A stretch of DNA of 64,000 nt from a virus (IMGVR_UViG_2684623153_000002:1-64000), one strand, 5' to 3'. Shown: positions 32,535 through 43,462, counted from the stretch's first letter. Notes: generated by a model from the letters alone, not told the origin. Translations and numbers: made by a program.

Positions 32535-32888
32535 TTACTTGATGTAAAATTCGTTTGTGTAGAATGTACCGATCGTTTCAACATGATTACCATGTTTGTC
32601 ATAACGCTCTACATCAACCTTGAATCGATACGTACCTTTCTTGTTATCAAGCGATTCCTTGATACTGAACTCATCGTACCGTTTTTCACTTGGGTTGAGT
32701 TCGTTCGGTGAATTCGTTTTGATCGTAACCCATTTTCCTGCAACTTTTCGTTGAGGAATAAGGTTTGGCCCACAAATGTAATCATTGTGATTCTGAACCG
32801 CAACAACCACAACCTTGTCCTTCCCTAAAATGTGATTCGCTTTTTTTGGATTAGCAGATACACCAAATTTTGATGCCATGCTCATCAT
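32535..32888 (-). CDS. Hypothetical beta-rich protein
   Basis: GGGAG RBS; QRKVAGKW...GTYRFKV resembles 36539-36949. Confidence 0.65.
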   Translation of the reverse strand: MMSMASKFGVSANPKKANHILGKDKVVVVAVQNHNDYICGPNLIPQRKVAGKWVTIKTNSPNELNPSEKRYDEFSIKESLDNKKGTYRFKVDVERYDKHGNHVETIGTFYTNEFYIK

Positions 32889-32970
32889 CTCCCTTTTTAA
32901 ATTTTTGCGCTCCTATCCCTCACCAAAGCACCTGCAGCCATACACCCAAAAGACGACTGTTCCCATCAAA

Positions 32971-33159
32971 TCAGCGTTTTCTTCGGACCCGGCCGCCTTG
33001 TCGTTGATACGTTTCACGTCTCGTTCCCATGATTTCTTCCCAATCTCGCTTTGTTATCGGATCAGCATTGCTCTTCTTCTTTCGATTAGAACCAGGAGCA
33101 ATGCGCTTTAATTGCTTCGTTGTTTCTACAGATAAAGAATCTCTGATCTTCATGTTCAT
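32971..33159 (-). CDS. Small basic phage protein
   Basis: AAGGAG RBS; ..RDWEEIMG..R.TY.R.GG motif. Confidence 0.7.
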   Translation of the reverse strand: MNMKIRDSLSVETTKQLKRIAPGSNRKKKSNADPITKRDWEEIMGTRRETYQRQGGRVRRKR

Positions 33160-33529
33160 ACTCTCCTTGCCGAATAAGCACCACCTTACGCTATTCGCTT
33201 AAATAGATTTTGCAATGATGACTACACTCCGAGAGGATGCCAAGTACAGTCATTCATCAAGTAAAATGAAAAACTGTCCTCGATACGGCTGCCGCAGACC
33301 AGCTGCTATCCAGGCTCAGAATGTCCCTCTCGTATGGCCACATTCCTCAACACCTTTGTTCCGTATCCAGATACGCCATTGATAAGGGAAAGGCGCGTCT
33401 CCCAATAAAAAAGCGGACACCAATCAAGGCACTTAGAGTGCTCAATGATCAGCGTCCGCAGGTTCTTCCTTCTGGACAAAATATTCACGTTCGTTTTGCT
33501 TGTCTCTATCATACGATGATCCACTTAGG

Positions 33530-33570
33530 AAAAAAGGTCCCCTTTTTATCCCCCTTTTGGTCGGTTTTTT
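33530..33570 (-). promoter_or_regulatory. Putative late-promoter activator (ArpU) binding repeats
   Basis: 11-bp-spaced AAAAAACCGAC/CAAAAGGGGGA/TAAAAAGGGGA upstream of a TATGAT -10 that points into the late genes. Confidence 0.45.
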
Positions 33571-33648
33571 CAAAAGATATTTAAGTACCAAAAAGCCCTT
33601 ACATATTTCTCCTTATCTAATATTATGTCATGATTACAATTTTTTTAG

Positions 33649-35013
<1,365 letters not shown>

Positions 35014-35046
35014 TATTAAAGAATTGGCAAAGGCATGTGAGTAAAT

Positions 35047-35391
35047 ATGGCTAGAAACTGCGGATGCGGAAGAAGAGTTTATAAAGAAGGAGATTTCATT
35101 GTTAAAACGAGCTGCCCTGAAATCACTTTAGAAATTATCCAAAAGGAAGATTTGTGTTTTCAAGTTAAAGGAAAAGTATCATGCAATACACTTCCTTTAC
35201 AACATGTGAATGTAAATTTATCAAGTTCATCTGAAAGTATTTTAAAACCTCAAATATCTACTACTGATAAAGATGGAGGATTTTCATCAGAATTAAATTT
35301 ATTAGAGAATTCAGCCAAGGAAGTTGAAGTTACAGCAACTGTGATATCTAATAAATCACCTGTAAAAAAGTCAATAACAATCAACTTTTAG
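35047..35391 (+). CDS. Cys-rich N-terminus plus Ig-like domain protein, probably cotranscribed with the collagen gene
   Basis: MARNCGCG; V.GKV......L..V.V.L.....TTD.DG.FS..L...V.VTA pattern. Confidence 0.65.
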   Translation: MARNCGCGRRVYKEGDFIVKTSCPEITLEIIQKEDLCFQVKGKVSCNTLPLQHVNVNLSSSSESILKPQISTTDKDGGFSSELNLLENSAKEVEVTATVISNKSPVKKSITINF

Positions 35392-35505
35392 TTTTAAAAC
35401 TTTTTCTAAAGATTAATAAAAGATACACTAAGATTTCTTACAAAGAGAGGGGTTAATTTCACACTACCCCTACTCTTTTTCTTAAAGACTTTACTCTTGC
35501 AGTAA

Positions 35506-35889
35506 CTAAATGATTCCAAGCGCTGTCGAAAGGTTAAACGTCGCTTGCTTTTTCAATTTGTAATACCGGTCCTTCTTCAGCCCCAATTCTTCACATACCT
35601 CTAAATCTTTTACGAATCGTGATGAGAGATACTTCATGTGGATGATGTCTTGTTCAATTTCGTCTAGGCTGTTTTCTAGCGCTCTTTCTATCTGCCGTAC
35701 CTTGAGTTCATTTAAAACTTCCTGGTTCCTAAGAGAAGGGAAAAGGCCTGTTGCACCATTTGCCTCCTGTTCCTTTCTGTTTTCCTCTTTCACCTTCAGG
35801 GCTCTATAAACCTTCAGCTCTTTGATCAGAGCATTTCTGACTTGTTTCTCATCGATACCTGGAATTAAACACAATTGTTCAGCTCCCAT
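35506..35889 (-). CDS. ArpU-family late transcriptional activator (YqaQ-like)
   Basis: IERALE.SLD..E..II..KYL....KD..V..ELG.KK..YY..K..A...L.TALGII. Confidence 0.88.
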   Translation of the reverse strand: MGAEQLCLIPGIDEKQVRNALIKELKVYRALKVKEENRKEQEANGATGLFPSLRNQEVLNELKVRQIERALENSLDEIEQDIIHMKYLSSRFVKDLEVCEELGLKKDRYYKLKKQATFNLSTALGII

Positions 35890-35968
35890 ATTTCACAACC
35901 TCCTATAAACAATGAAAGACATAGACCAGGGCAATTTTGCACCGATCTATGTCGCTTGATTTATTCTT

Positions 35969-36154
35969 CTATTCGCTGTGACGAGCTAATGAGTCAACAT
36001 GCTCGATATAACCTTTATCAATCCAAGACCTATGAGGATGATATTCTGTGTCTCCTTCTCTCATGTAAGCTGTATGAACTGGTGTGCCAGCCTTTCGATT
36101 AGGATGCTTCTTTTCTGTTAGTTTAGTCCACACCCAATTGTTTTGTTTTTTCAT
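35969..36154 (-). CDS. Hypothetical phage protein
   Basis: ATG after GAGGAGG RBS; ATGA-coupled to the upstream ORF. Confidence 0.55.
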   Translation of the reverse strand: MKKQNNWVWTKLTEKKHPNRKAGTPVHTAYMREGDTEYHPHRSWIDKGYIEHVDSLARHSE

Positions 36155-36312
36155 TTCTTTACCTCCTCGGCATATTCTTGCAGCTGCCTTTCTATAGTCT
36201 CCACAGGTACGAGAGGAAAAGCAGTCTTTTCCCACAAGATAAATTCACATCTCTTATCATCAGCGTCAGGGAAATACTTTCTTATTAAGTCGTGCCATGT
36301 TCTGATTGTCAT
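36151..36312 (-). CDS. Hypothetical 53-aa protein (absent from the ORF track)
   Basis: MTIRTWHDLIRKYFPDADDKRCEFILWEKTAFPLV...; ATGA overlaps at both ends. Confidence 0.65.
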   Translation of the reverse strand: MTIRTWHDLIRKYFPDADDKRCEFILWEKTAFPLVPVETIERQLQEYAEEVKK

Positions 36313-36542
36313 TTTGTCACCTCGTTTGGGTAAACAGTTAATGTATATGGGAGTTTGCCTGTTTCAGATAATCCGATATGACCTAACCTTGATGTCATAA
36401 CCACTGTATACTGTTTTTCATTACATTTAACTTCATCACCTTTGACTATTCCGTTCAATCCAACAATTACCGACCCAACAAATCCTATTCTTTTCACCCC
36501 TAAGCGATTGACTGCGGCGGTCTCCCATAGAACCTCACTCAT
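36309..36542 (-). CDS. Hypothetical phage protein
   Basis: ATGA-coupled in the early operon. Confidence 0.55.
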   Translation of the reverse strand: MSEVLWETAAVNRLGVKRIGFVGSVIVGLNGIVKGDEVKCNEKQYTVVMTSRLGHIGLSETGKLPYTLTVYPNEVTK

Positions 36543-36949
36543 TTCCGCACCTCAAATGACGGCGTGTAGATATGGCCTTTAGCGCCTGTCCAATTTTTGT
36601 TTTTGTAGATCGTCATCTTAATCCGGTGCGTGCCGGATATGTGATTGACCGTGTAAAACTCCTTTGCAGGTGTAGAACGTTTGAAAGAACCGACCAAGCT
36701 GAACCGCTGATCTTTCCATTTGCCGCTCACCTTCTTTTGCAACGTGAAGCGGTAGTATACTGTTTCAGAACCCGTTTTGCGTGCCGTGACATCAATACTT
36801 CGTGCTCTTGGCGTGTACGAATTTGCATCTGTTGATACGCTGATTGTGTGTCCGGCCACTGTTTTATATCCGCTCGTTACAGCTGCGGCTGCCGGCGCAC
36901 AAAGCACCGCAGCCACAATAATAGATAGTGTGATTAGTAGTTTTTTCAT
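36539..36949 (-). CDS. Secreted beta-rich protein
   Basis: MKKLLITLSIIVAAVLCAPAAAA signal peptide. Confidence 0.7.
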   Translation of the reverse strand: MKKLLITLSIIVAAVLCAPAAAAVTSGYKTVAGHTISVSTDANSYTPRARSIDVTARKTGSETVYYRFTLQKKVSGKWKDQRFSLVGSFKRSTPAKEFYTVNHISGTHRIKMTIYKNKNWTGAKGHIYTPSFEVRK

Positions 36950-37551
36950 TGTTTACTCTCCCTTTTCAATTCGCCAATTTTTGAATATATAGCTGCCATC
37001 ACTATGCCTGTTTTAGTGATTTCAGGATCATTAGCAATTAACTTATTTTGGTTTAACCTTGCTAATTGCTGTCTAGTGATGAGTTGCAAATTGTCTAATT
37101 TTACATTGATCTTGTTTCCGTCTAAAAATATTAAACAATGGCCACTTGGGATTGGTCCGTTTTCTTCTTCCCAAACCATCTTATGCTTATGTTTCCATCG
37201 CTTTTGCCAGGGACCATCATCGGACACTTTGATCAATATATAACCGTCTCGATCAACTCTTTCATAACCTACAGGCTTATAATTTGCAGGCTTGTGTCCA
37301 GGTTTGAAAGATGTTTTATTTCCGCCAACATTATAAAGCCCTCTTGTACCTTTATTGAGCGGCACATGCCCTTTAGGGAAATGATTACTTAAACCACTAG
37401 AGATTTTGCGATGACGCTTCCATGACTTCACTTGCTGCCTGGTAACATTCAAATCAAATTTCTGATTGATTAAATCTGCTAATTCTTGATTGAGTAAACC
37501 TGTAGCATGTGAACGGATGAAGGATTCTTGTTCTTCAGTGAATAACCTCAC
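36946..37551 (-). CDS. HNH endonuclease
   Basis: H..VWE..NGPIP.GH..IFLDGNK.N..LDNL. Confidence 0.85.
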   Translation of the reverse strand: MRLFTEEQESFIRSHATGLLNQELADLINQKFDLNVTRQQVKSWKRHRKISSGLSNHFPKGHVPLNKGTRGLYNVGGNKTSFKPGHKPANYKPVGYERVDRDGYILIKVSDDGPWQKRWKHKHKMVWEEENGPIPSGHCLIFLDGNKINVKLDNLQLITRQQLARLNQNKLIANDPEITKTGIVMAAIYSKIGELKRESKQ

Positions 37552-37553
37552 TT

Positions 37554-37790
37554 TTACCCCTCCAACATCTTGGGCTTCTCAAGATCTTTTGATTGGTACT
37601 CTGTATAGAACTTTTGCGCTTGTAATACTAGCGCTGCATTAGAAGTAATACTTTTTGCAACACTAGTGACAGCCTTTGAACGTTCAATTTCTTCTTGAAG
37701 TTCCTCACCTTTTAAGTCTTCTTCACTCAACCGCTCCAGCTGCGCAAACAAATGGTTATTTAAGTCTCCTAGTTTATTTTTCATCTTCAA
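37554..37790 (-). CDS. Conserved phage protein commonly paired with the HNH gene
   Basis: MKN.L.DLNNHLFAQLERL...L..EI.RSKA. Confidence 0.75.
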   Translation of the reverse strand: MKMKNKLGDLNNHLFAQLERLSEEDLKGEELQEEIERSKAVTSVAKSITSNAALVLQAQKFYTEYQSKDLEKPKMLEG

Positions 37791-37799
37791 CCCCCTTTC

Positions 37800-38227
37800 T
37801 TATATCAATCTTCCGTCTATTGCCAATCTCATTTCTTTTTCGTTCGTTAAATCTTCAAGGACTTCTTCAATTGGAACTGTTTTGTTATCTTCTCCAGTAC
37901 AGCGACTGTACTTTGTTGCTGATATAGTGCCGTTACTTCTTTGATACTTTCCGCAAGTTCTTTCTTTTCATCACCACCAGAAACGTCATTATTGTAAATC
38001 TCCATTGCACTTTCGATATTGCGCGCTTTGATTAATGCATAATAAGGCTCGTGCGTCTCATAAAACTTCATTTCGTCTTTACCTTGTTCTTGATGACTTT
38101 GGACCAAAGTATCTATCACATAGTCTTTGTCCACTACAATATTATTTGATCCATACATCCCTTCACTGTTTCGTCTGATGATTTCGCCTGATGGTAAAGT
38201 TATTTGAAATTCTTTGTATTCGTTCAT
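37800..38227 (-). pseudogene. Probably frameshifted phage protein (MKFYE.HEPYYALIKA type)
   Basis: Near 37921 an alternative frame continues SATKYSRCTGEDNKTVPIEEVLEDL...LAIDGRLI* and stops at the next gene's RBS. Confidence 0.55.
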
Positions 38228-38682
38228 CGTGCTTCCTCCTTTAGAAGATTGGGATTTTGATAGATGTTGCCTATACGTTGATAGTAATCAAGCTCAATCA
38301 TTGAGTTTTGAACAAGATATTCAGGTACAACTTCAAAACCGTCTTCGTCTATTACTTTTGGGTTTACCGCTTCCGCATAAAAACCTACACATTTTGAAGG
38401 CTCGTACTCATCGCCGCTTCCATCCTGTTCATACTTTCCAAATTTCACAACCGCCACATAGTCACCAGGAAAATGGGAAACTTTGATTAAATCACCTACA
38501 AAGACATTTTTCTCTTCATCTGCACAAAGGTTTCGTGCAATCAACTCATATTCTGTTTTATCAAAGCAGGGTGTCAGATTCTGCGCTGGCTGCTCTTCTA
38601 ATTGGCTGATTGAAAATACCTTAGTTTCAATGATTCCGGTGGCTCGGTGTTTAAAGACGTATCTCATGAGAATGTCCATCAA
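38224..38682 (-). CDS. YopX-family protein
   Basis: F.GDLI...VVKFG...IGNIYQNPNLL. Confidence 0.75.
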   Translation of the reverse strand: MMDILMRYVFKHRATGIIETKVFSISQLEEQPAQNLTPCFDKTEYELIARNLCADEEKNVFVGDLIKVSHFPGDYVAVVKFGKYEQDGSGDEYEPSKCVGFYAEAVNPKVIDEDGFEVVPEYLVQNSMIELDYYQRIGNIYQNPNLLKEEAR

Positions 38683-38987
38683 TACTCCTCCTCATGTCTT
38701 GCCTTGATCCTTTCAAATTCTTCGATTGTAAAATCAACATGAACGGGATCGTAACAGTTATTGAGATCGTTAATATCAAGAGGAGCATTGTGTTGAGACA
38801 CCAGGTTGTAAAAATCGGTTAAATCTTGATCACTTGGCTTCTCACGATCTTTTCTAATGAGACACAACGCATCTGTAATTTCTTTTACATCTCCGTTAGG
38901 ATCGGTTAAATCCATAAAATCAGGTCCATAGCTTAGGTAGCGTTCAGTATGTTTATTTTTAAATACAATCGCTGGCACAGTTTTCAT
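38679..38987 (-). CDS. Hypothetical phage protein
   Basis: RBS and tight packing in the operon. Confidence 0.6.
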   Translation of the reverse strand: MKTVPAIVFKNKHTERYLSYGPDFMDLTDPNGDVKEITDALCLIRKDREKPSDQDLTDFYNLVSQHNAPLDINDLNNCYDPVHVDFTIEEFERIKARHEEEY

Positions 38988-38988
38988 A

Positions 38989-39201
38989 TCAGAGGCCCTC
39001 CTGCAAATCTTGTATATCGCCTTGATAAAACGTATTTTGCTTAATTACAACAAATGTAATCGGGGTACTTCCTAACTTTGTGTAAGACCCGAATTGTTCA
39101 AGTAAAGCTTGTTTCATCTCTTCTGCCGTTGGATAATGATCCCACTTTCCACAAGTGAATCTATCCAATACTTTTAGAACAAAAATATTTTTTATTTCCA
39201 C
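38989..39201 (-). CDS. Hypothetical phage protein
   Basis: GGGAGG RBS. Confidence 0.55.
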   Translation of the reverse strand: MEIKNIFVLKVLDRFTCGKWDHYPTAEEMKQALLEQFGSYTKLGSTPITFVVIKQNTFYQGDIQDLQEGL

Positions 39202-39216
39202 AATGATCTTCCTCCC

Positions 39217-39417
39217 TCAGAACAGTGTCAGCTGTTCTTGGTGTTGTTCTTTTTGCTTTATTAAAAAATGTCTGGCTTCAAACGCTCCATAGTATGAGCC
39301 AGGGCGATTAAACTTTGATACATAATAATGAGCGGCACCGAGAGGAAAGAGAAAGTATTCTACGCCCTTTTCTAGCGGTGTAAACTCATCAGTAAGACAT
39401 ATTCCCTTCAAGATCAT
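39217..39417 (-). CDS. Hypothetical phage protein
   Basis: YFLFP....YYVS.F.....Y.G.F...F...EQLTLF. Confidence 0.6.
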   Translation of the reverse strand: MILKGICLTDEFTPLEKGVEYFLFPLGAAHYYVSKFNRPGSYYGAFEARHFLIKQKEQHQEQLTLF

Positions 39418-39638
39418 GCAACGCTTTCCCATGGCAATCGTTCGACCCTTTTCATGCTTCCAGCACAGCCGACTTTACCAAGATTCCGACGTGCTGCTGG
39501 ATAGGATTGATATGTGTCATACTCGCTCCATTTTGCATCTGTTAATAGATCAGAACGCCAATAGGCAACATATCCGCTCGCTGTATTGACGATACAAAAT
39601 TCAGCAAATGGTGATTTTGAATACCAGATTTCTTTCAT
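39414..39638 (-). CDS. Hypothetical phage protein
   Basis: MKEIWYSK start after AAGGAGG. Confidence 0.55.
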   Translation of the reverse strand: MKEIWYSKSPFAEFCIVNTASGYVAYWRSDLLTDAKWSEYDTYQSYPAARRNLGKVGCAGSMKRVERLPWESVA

Positions 39639-39670
39639 TTTGACTGCCTCCTTGCAGGAGGAAGCTCCTG

Positions 39671-39874
39671 CTATTTTATTTTGTGTGAACTGCTGCAATT
39701 TAAATTTGTGAACTGGCCATCACGTGTCGTGATCTCCATCTTTCCGTACATCGGTGTTTCCGCCAAGAACACTTCATTGGAATGGCCATCTAGGATAATG
39801 ACTTTAACTTCCCCTTTTTCAAAAAGCTGATCAATTGAGATGTTAGAGTCTATATGTTTATAAGGATTATTCAT
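39671..39874 (-). CDS. XtrA/YqaO-family protein
   Basis: E.G.VKVIILDG.....L.ETP.YG...I.T.DG. Confidence 0.7.
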   Translation of the reverse strand: MNNPYKHIDSNISIDQLFEKGEVKVIILDGHSNEVFLAETPMYGKMEITTRDGQFTNLNCSSSHKIK

Positions 39875-39947
39875 GCGCACAAGGCCTCCCATGTTATAAT
39901 GAATTGTCGAGATTCATTAGAGCCGGAGCCTTGTGCTTTGGTTCTTT

Positions 39948-40229
39948 TTATTTGCCCTGAAGAGCTTGCAAATCACGCATATACATTTCAAATAGATGCT
40001 TGTCCTTTATGTCTAAGGACAAGTCAATTAGAGCCTTTAAATCACCTTCAGTGATCGTTACATCTAAGTTTTTAGCCCAATGTTTAGGAACAGCCGTATA
40101 CTTTCCTTTAAGCGTCTTCACTAAAAGTTCATCTTCAGAGATTTTCACGACGTAACCAGATATATGAAACATTCTGCGATTAATTTCACCCAAAGCTTCC
40201 ACCCAATCGCCTTCTACAATCTTTCTCAT
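39948..40229 (-). CDS. Hypothetical protein with IDEAL-like C-terminus
   Basis: LKALIDLSLDIKDKHLF. Confidence 0.65.
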   Translation of the reverse strand: MRKIVEGDWVEALGEINRRMFHISGYVVKISEDELLVKTLKGKYTAVPKHWAKNLDVTITEGDLKALIDLSLDIKDKHLFEMYMRDLQALQGK

Positions 40230-40384
40230 TTCCTGAAGCTCCTTCCGCATTTAGTGCAAATTGGACCATTAAAAACCCGCGTGCTAAATTCCAGCCAATA
40301 ACCACGCTGCACCGAAACTATGTTTATACATTTGAAGCAAAAGAAGTGTTTATGATTGAAGAGAAACTTGATTTTATCAATCAT
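40226..40384 (-). CDS. Small zinc-finger protein, 52 aa (absent from the ORF track)
   Basis: CFKC...CTKC; ATGA overlaps on both sides. Confidence 0.6.
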   Translation of the reverse strand: MIDKIKFLFNHKHFFCFKCINIVSVQRGYWLEFSTRVFNGPICTKCGRSFRK

Positions 40385-40515
40385 TCGACAACCCTCCATC
40401 CTTTCTTAATCCTACTGACTAGTTCATATTTTTTAAGTGGTTCATAGAGGTGGACGTGCTGTCCATCCTCTTTGCGATAAAGCAAGAACCACCGTTTTGA
40501 GCGTTTGCGTGCCAC
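40381..40515 (-). CDS. Small basic hypothetical protein
   Basis: ARKRSKRWFLLYR...; coupled in the operon. Confidence 0.5.
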   Translation of the reverse strand: MARKRSKRWFLLYRKEDGQHVHLYEPLKKYELVSRIKKGWRVVE

Positions 40516-40516
40516 C

Positions 40517-41212
40517 TTATGCAGCCCCGTCTTCCTCATCTTTTTGATCCTCTTCAGGAAGATCGTATTCATCTGGAACGCTATCCTCTGAACCCTTTTC
40601 GTCTTCAGCTGCTTCTTCAGCCTTTTCCTTCATCGGTTCAGCTTCGTTGGCTTGATCCTCTTTCCAATCCCACCATTTTTCAGCAAGCGGAGCCACTGCT
40701 GCTCGGTAGTCATTGATCAGATCAACGACGGCGCCGGATGACATCTCAAGCTCTGTGGCCAACTTACTGTAAGATTCTCCTTCAATGCGTCGCTTCACGA
40801 TATCTGCCATATTCTCAGGGAAACCTTCCTGTTCTGGAGCCATACCTTCAATGATGAATTGATCCACCACTTCACGCTTAATCTCCATCGGTTTTTCTTC
40901 AATTTTTGGTTTTTCTTCTGGTAAACCTAGTTCAGCTTCGAGCTGTTCTGACTCAGGTTTTGCTATATGGACCACACCGCTCTGATCTACTTCATAATTT
41001 ACAATTGGTCGTTCGGTGTTTGCGTTAATCTGCACGTTATAGCGTACAATGTCACTTTCAATCTCTACTTTCACGTCCTTATCAATCATTTCTGCAAGGT
41101 TTTGAATTCTGTTACCTAGCTCCTTTGTTGGCACTTCCAACACTAATTCTGTAATCCCTTTAGGCTTGTGATTCATTTTTTTAACCTTTCCATTGAAATT
41201 TATAAAAGACAT
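40517..41212 (-). CDS. Hypothetical phage protein with HTH-like segment and acidic tail
   Basis: AGGAGG RBS; GESYSKLATELEMS. Confidence 0.7.
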   Translation of the reverse strand: MSFINFNGKVKKMNHKPKGITELVLEVPTKELGNRIQNLAEMIDKDVKVEIESDIVRYNVQINANTERPIVNYEVDQSGVVHIAKPESEQLEAELGLPEEKPKIEEKPMEIKREVVDQFIIEGMAPEQEGFPENMADIVKRRIEGESYSKLATELEMSSGAVVDLINDYRAAVAPLAEKWWDWKEDQANEAEPMKEKAEEAAEDEKGSEDSVPDEYDLPEEDQKDEEDGAA

Positions 41213-41230
41213 ATTTGTTCCTCCTAGTAA

Positions 41231-41722
41231 TTAAGAAATTTTTTTCAAAGCCTCTTCTTGATATTTTGTTAAATCTACTTTTGTTTTTAATGAACGAGCT
41301 ATTTGAGCCAAGACGAATGCGTCTATCACGTTGTCACTTTTATGTTCAAACCCCCAACGTTTATAAACAGGTACAGGTATTTGATCTTTTTTAACGTTTC
41401 CTTTTCCTGTTGCGAACTTCTTCAAAGTGGTTGGAGGAACGTCTACATAATCTATTTTTTTGTTTATAAGTCTCGCTCTTATTAGCCAACCAATGCCGTA
41501 TTGAATGTCTACTGACGCTCCTTTAGAACCGTAAGAAAAACCTTCAATACACACAAAGTCATTCGGTTCTATTAAATTAATTATTTGGCTGGCCAAGTCC
41601 ATAAAGCGTTGCGGATCTCCTTTTACTGTTGAGGTTATTTCTTTGTCAAGAATCACATTCCCATTTGCATCTTGAATCACGAGCCCTGTTTTCGTTGAAG
41701 GATCAATGCCGACAAATCTCAT
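41231..41722 (-). CDS. RuvC-like Holliday junction resolvase
   Basis: FVGIDPS, CIEG, P.TLKKFATGKGN..K, DN..DA. Confidence 0.85.
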   Translation of the reverse strand: MRFVGIDPSTKTGLVIQDANGNVILDKEITSTVKGDPQRFMDLASQIINLIEPNDFVCIEGFSYGSKGASVDIQYGIGWLIRARLINKKIDYVDVPPTTLKKFATGKGNVKKDQIPVPVYKRWGFEHKSDNVIDAFVLAQIARSLKTKVDLTKYQEEALKKIS

Positions 41723-41958
41723 TGTTCTTTTCCTTTCACGATACCAGCGATATCAGTATGGATCGCTTCTTCTGTCCTTCTAACAGGAGACGGAACAGAA
41801 CGTGGAATCCTTTGTACTCCATTTTTATTTAAAGGCCCCCCATGCATGTATGTGGCTAATTGTATGATCATTCGACCACACTCCTCAGCGGTGTAATTAT
41901 CTGCTTCAAAATTCACTTCTTTACCCGTAGTGCTGTCCTTAATTTGTAATTTAATCAC
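41719..41958 (-). CDS. Hypothetical protein
   Basis: Overlap-coupled with neighbours. Confidence 0.5.
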   Translation of the reverse strand: MIKLQIKDSTTGKEVNFEADNYTAEECGRMIIQLATYMHGGPLNKNGVQRIPRSVPSPVRRTEEAIHTDIAGIVKGKEQ

Positions 41959-42161
41959 TCTGCTTCCTCCTCAATCTCCATCCTGGCATTGTATGTTTCA
42001 ATACTTTTCCCTCGCTCACTCTTTTTCGTGATTACTAGCATTTCAAGATCATAGAGTGATAGTTTATCGAGACTTTCAAATTCATTCGGTTTATATCCGA
42101 TGCGCTTCAGTTCATTGAGAAGGAACTGTTTACGCTGATTGCTATTGATTGACATGTTCAT
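41955..42161 (-). CDS. Small protein resembling the FbpA (Fur-regulated basic protein) family
   Basis: RK.FL...L..IGY.......L..LSL.DLE. Confidence 0.55.
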   Translation of the reverse strand: MNMSINSNQRKQFLLNELKRIGYKPNEFESLDKLSLYDLEMLVITKKSERGKSIETYNARMEIEEEAE

Positions 42162-42169
42162 TCCTCATT

Positions 42170-43462
42170 TCACATTGCGGCTTCCATTTGCCGCGATAGA
42201 TTTATAAACTTCCCGTACTCTTTCACAAAGGCAGCGGTTATTGTTCCTGTTGATCCATTTCGTTGTTTTGCAAAAATGATTTCTACAATGTTTTTAGCTT
42301 CGCTTTTTTTGTCGTAGTAATCATCACGATAAAGGAAGGTCACAATATCAGCGTCTTGCTCAATGCTCCCTGAATCTCGTAAATCAGACATCATTGGACG
42401 TTTATCTTGTCGCTGTTCAACTCCACGTGAGAGCTGCGATAGCAAAATGATGGGAACGTTGAAACTTCTAGCCATATTTTTAAGTTCTCTCGTGATCTCA
42501 CCAACCTCATGATTTTTGCTCTCAGCTTTACCAATCGGCGTGATAAGCTGAAGATAATCAATGATGACTAAATGATCTTGATCAGGATGATCTTTCTTTG
42601 TCTTACGGATTTTAGAGCGAATGTCTGCGACGGTTTGAGTGGGGTGATCATGAATATAAATGTCTAATTTTTCGTATTCACCCATAGCTTTGTTGGCTCT
42701 CTCATAATCATCCTCACTAAAATATTTCCTTGGATTCCTCCACTTTGTCCCTTCAATACTCCCTACGCTGCTTAACATACGGTGAGTCAATTGTGTATCT
42801 GACATTTCTAGTGAAAATATGTCGGTTACTCCACCATTTTGCGCGTTATTATAACCAAGATTGAGAGCGAATGCTGTTTTCCCCATCGATGGACGAGCAG
42901 CTACGATAATCAAATCGCTTTTTTGCCAACCACCTGTCATGGCATTAAGATCTGCAAGACCTGTGTCCACTCCAGTTAGATCACCATGATCTTCTTCCAT
43001 GCTCATGAAAATCTCGGTTAATACATCCATTTTCGTGCGAGTCTCTTTTACACCAACCTCTTGAGCTTCAATTGTTTTTTGATAAAGCTCAGTGATGCCC
43101 TCATCAGTAGGAGAACTGGCAAATGCTAAAGCAGCACTCTGCACATCTCTAAGTCTAAAAGCCTCGTAAATTAATGTTTCATAGGTCTCGAAAGCATGTT
43201 TTGAGGGAACAGTACTTGCTAGGTTAGTTAAATATTCAAATCCACCAACTTCATTCAAAGTGCCTCCCATAGATGCAGCGATATTGGCCAATTCAACAGG
43301 TTTACCTAGCCTGTCCACATCCCTCATCGCGGCGAAAATTTGCTTGTGACGCTCTTCAGCAAAATGTTTAGGCTCTAAGGCTGTTTCCTTGATTAGATCG
43401 CCTTCAAGGATGATACAGCCGAGCAAAAACTGTTCAGCCTCTACGTTTCGCAAATTTTGCAT
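42170..43462 (-). CDS. dnaB: Replicative DNA helicase (DnaB family)
   Basis: AARPSMGKT, FSLEMS, IIDYLQL, LSQLSR.VE.R.DKRP..SDLRDSGSIEQDAD. Confidence 0.95.
   Translation of the reverse strand: MQNLRNVEAEQFLLGCIILEGDLIKETALEPKHFAEERHKQIFAAMRDVDRLGKPVELANIAASMGGTLNEVGGFEYLTNLASTVPSKHAFETYETLIYEAFRLRDVQSAALAFASSPTDEGITELYQKTIEAQEVGVKETRTKMDVLTEIFMSMEEDHGDLTGVDTGLADLNAMTGGWQKSDLIIVAARPSMGKTAFALNLGYNNAQNGGVTDIFSLEMSDTQLTHRMLSSVGSIEGTKWRNPRKYFSEDDYERANKAMGEYEKLDIYIHDHPTQTVADIRSKIRKTKKDHPDQDHLVIIDYLQLITPIGKAESKNHEVGEITRELKNMARSFNVPIILLSQLSRGVEQRQDKRPMMSDLRDSGSIEQDADIVTFLYRDDYYDKKSEAKNIVEIIFAKQRNGSTGTITAAFVKEYGKFINLSRQMEAAM

Noticed and set aside
33306-33584. 72-aa and 87-aa ORFs in the late leader
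   Set aside because: No RBS; they overlap promoter repeats and hairpins, so the region is more plausibly non-coding
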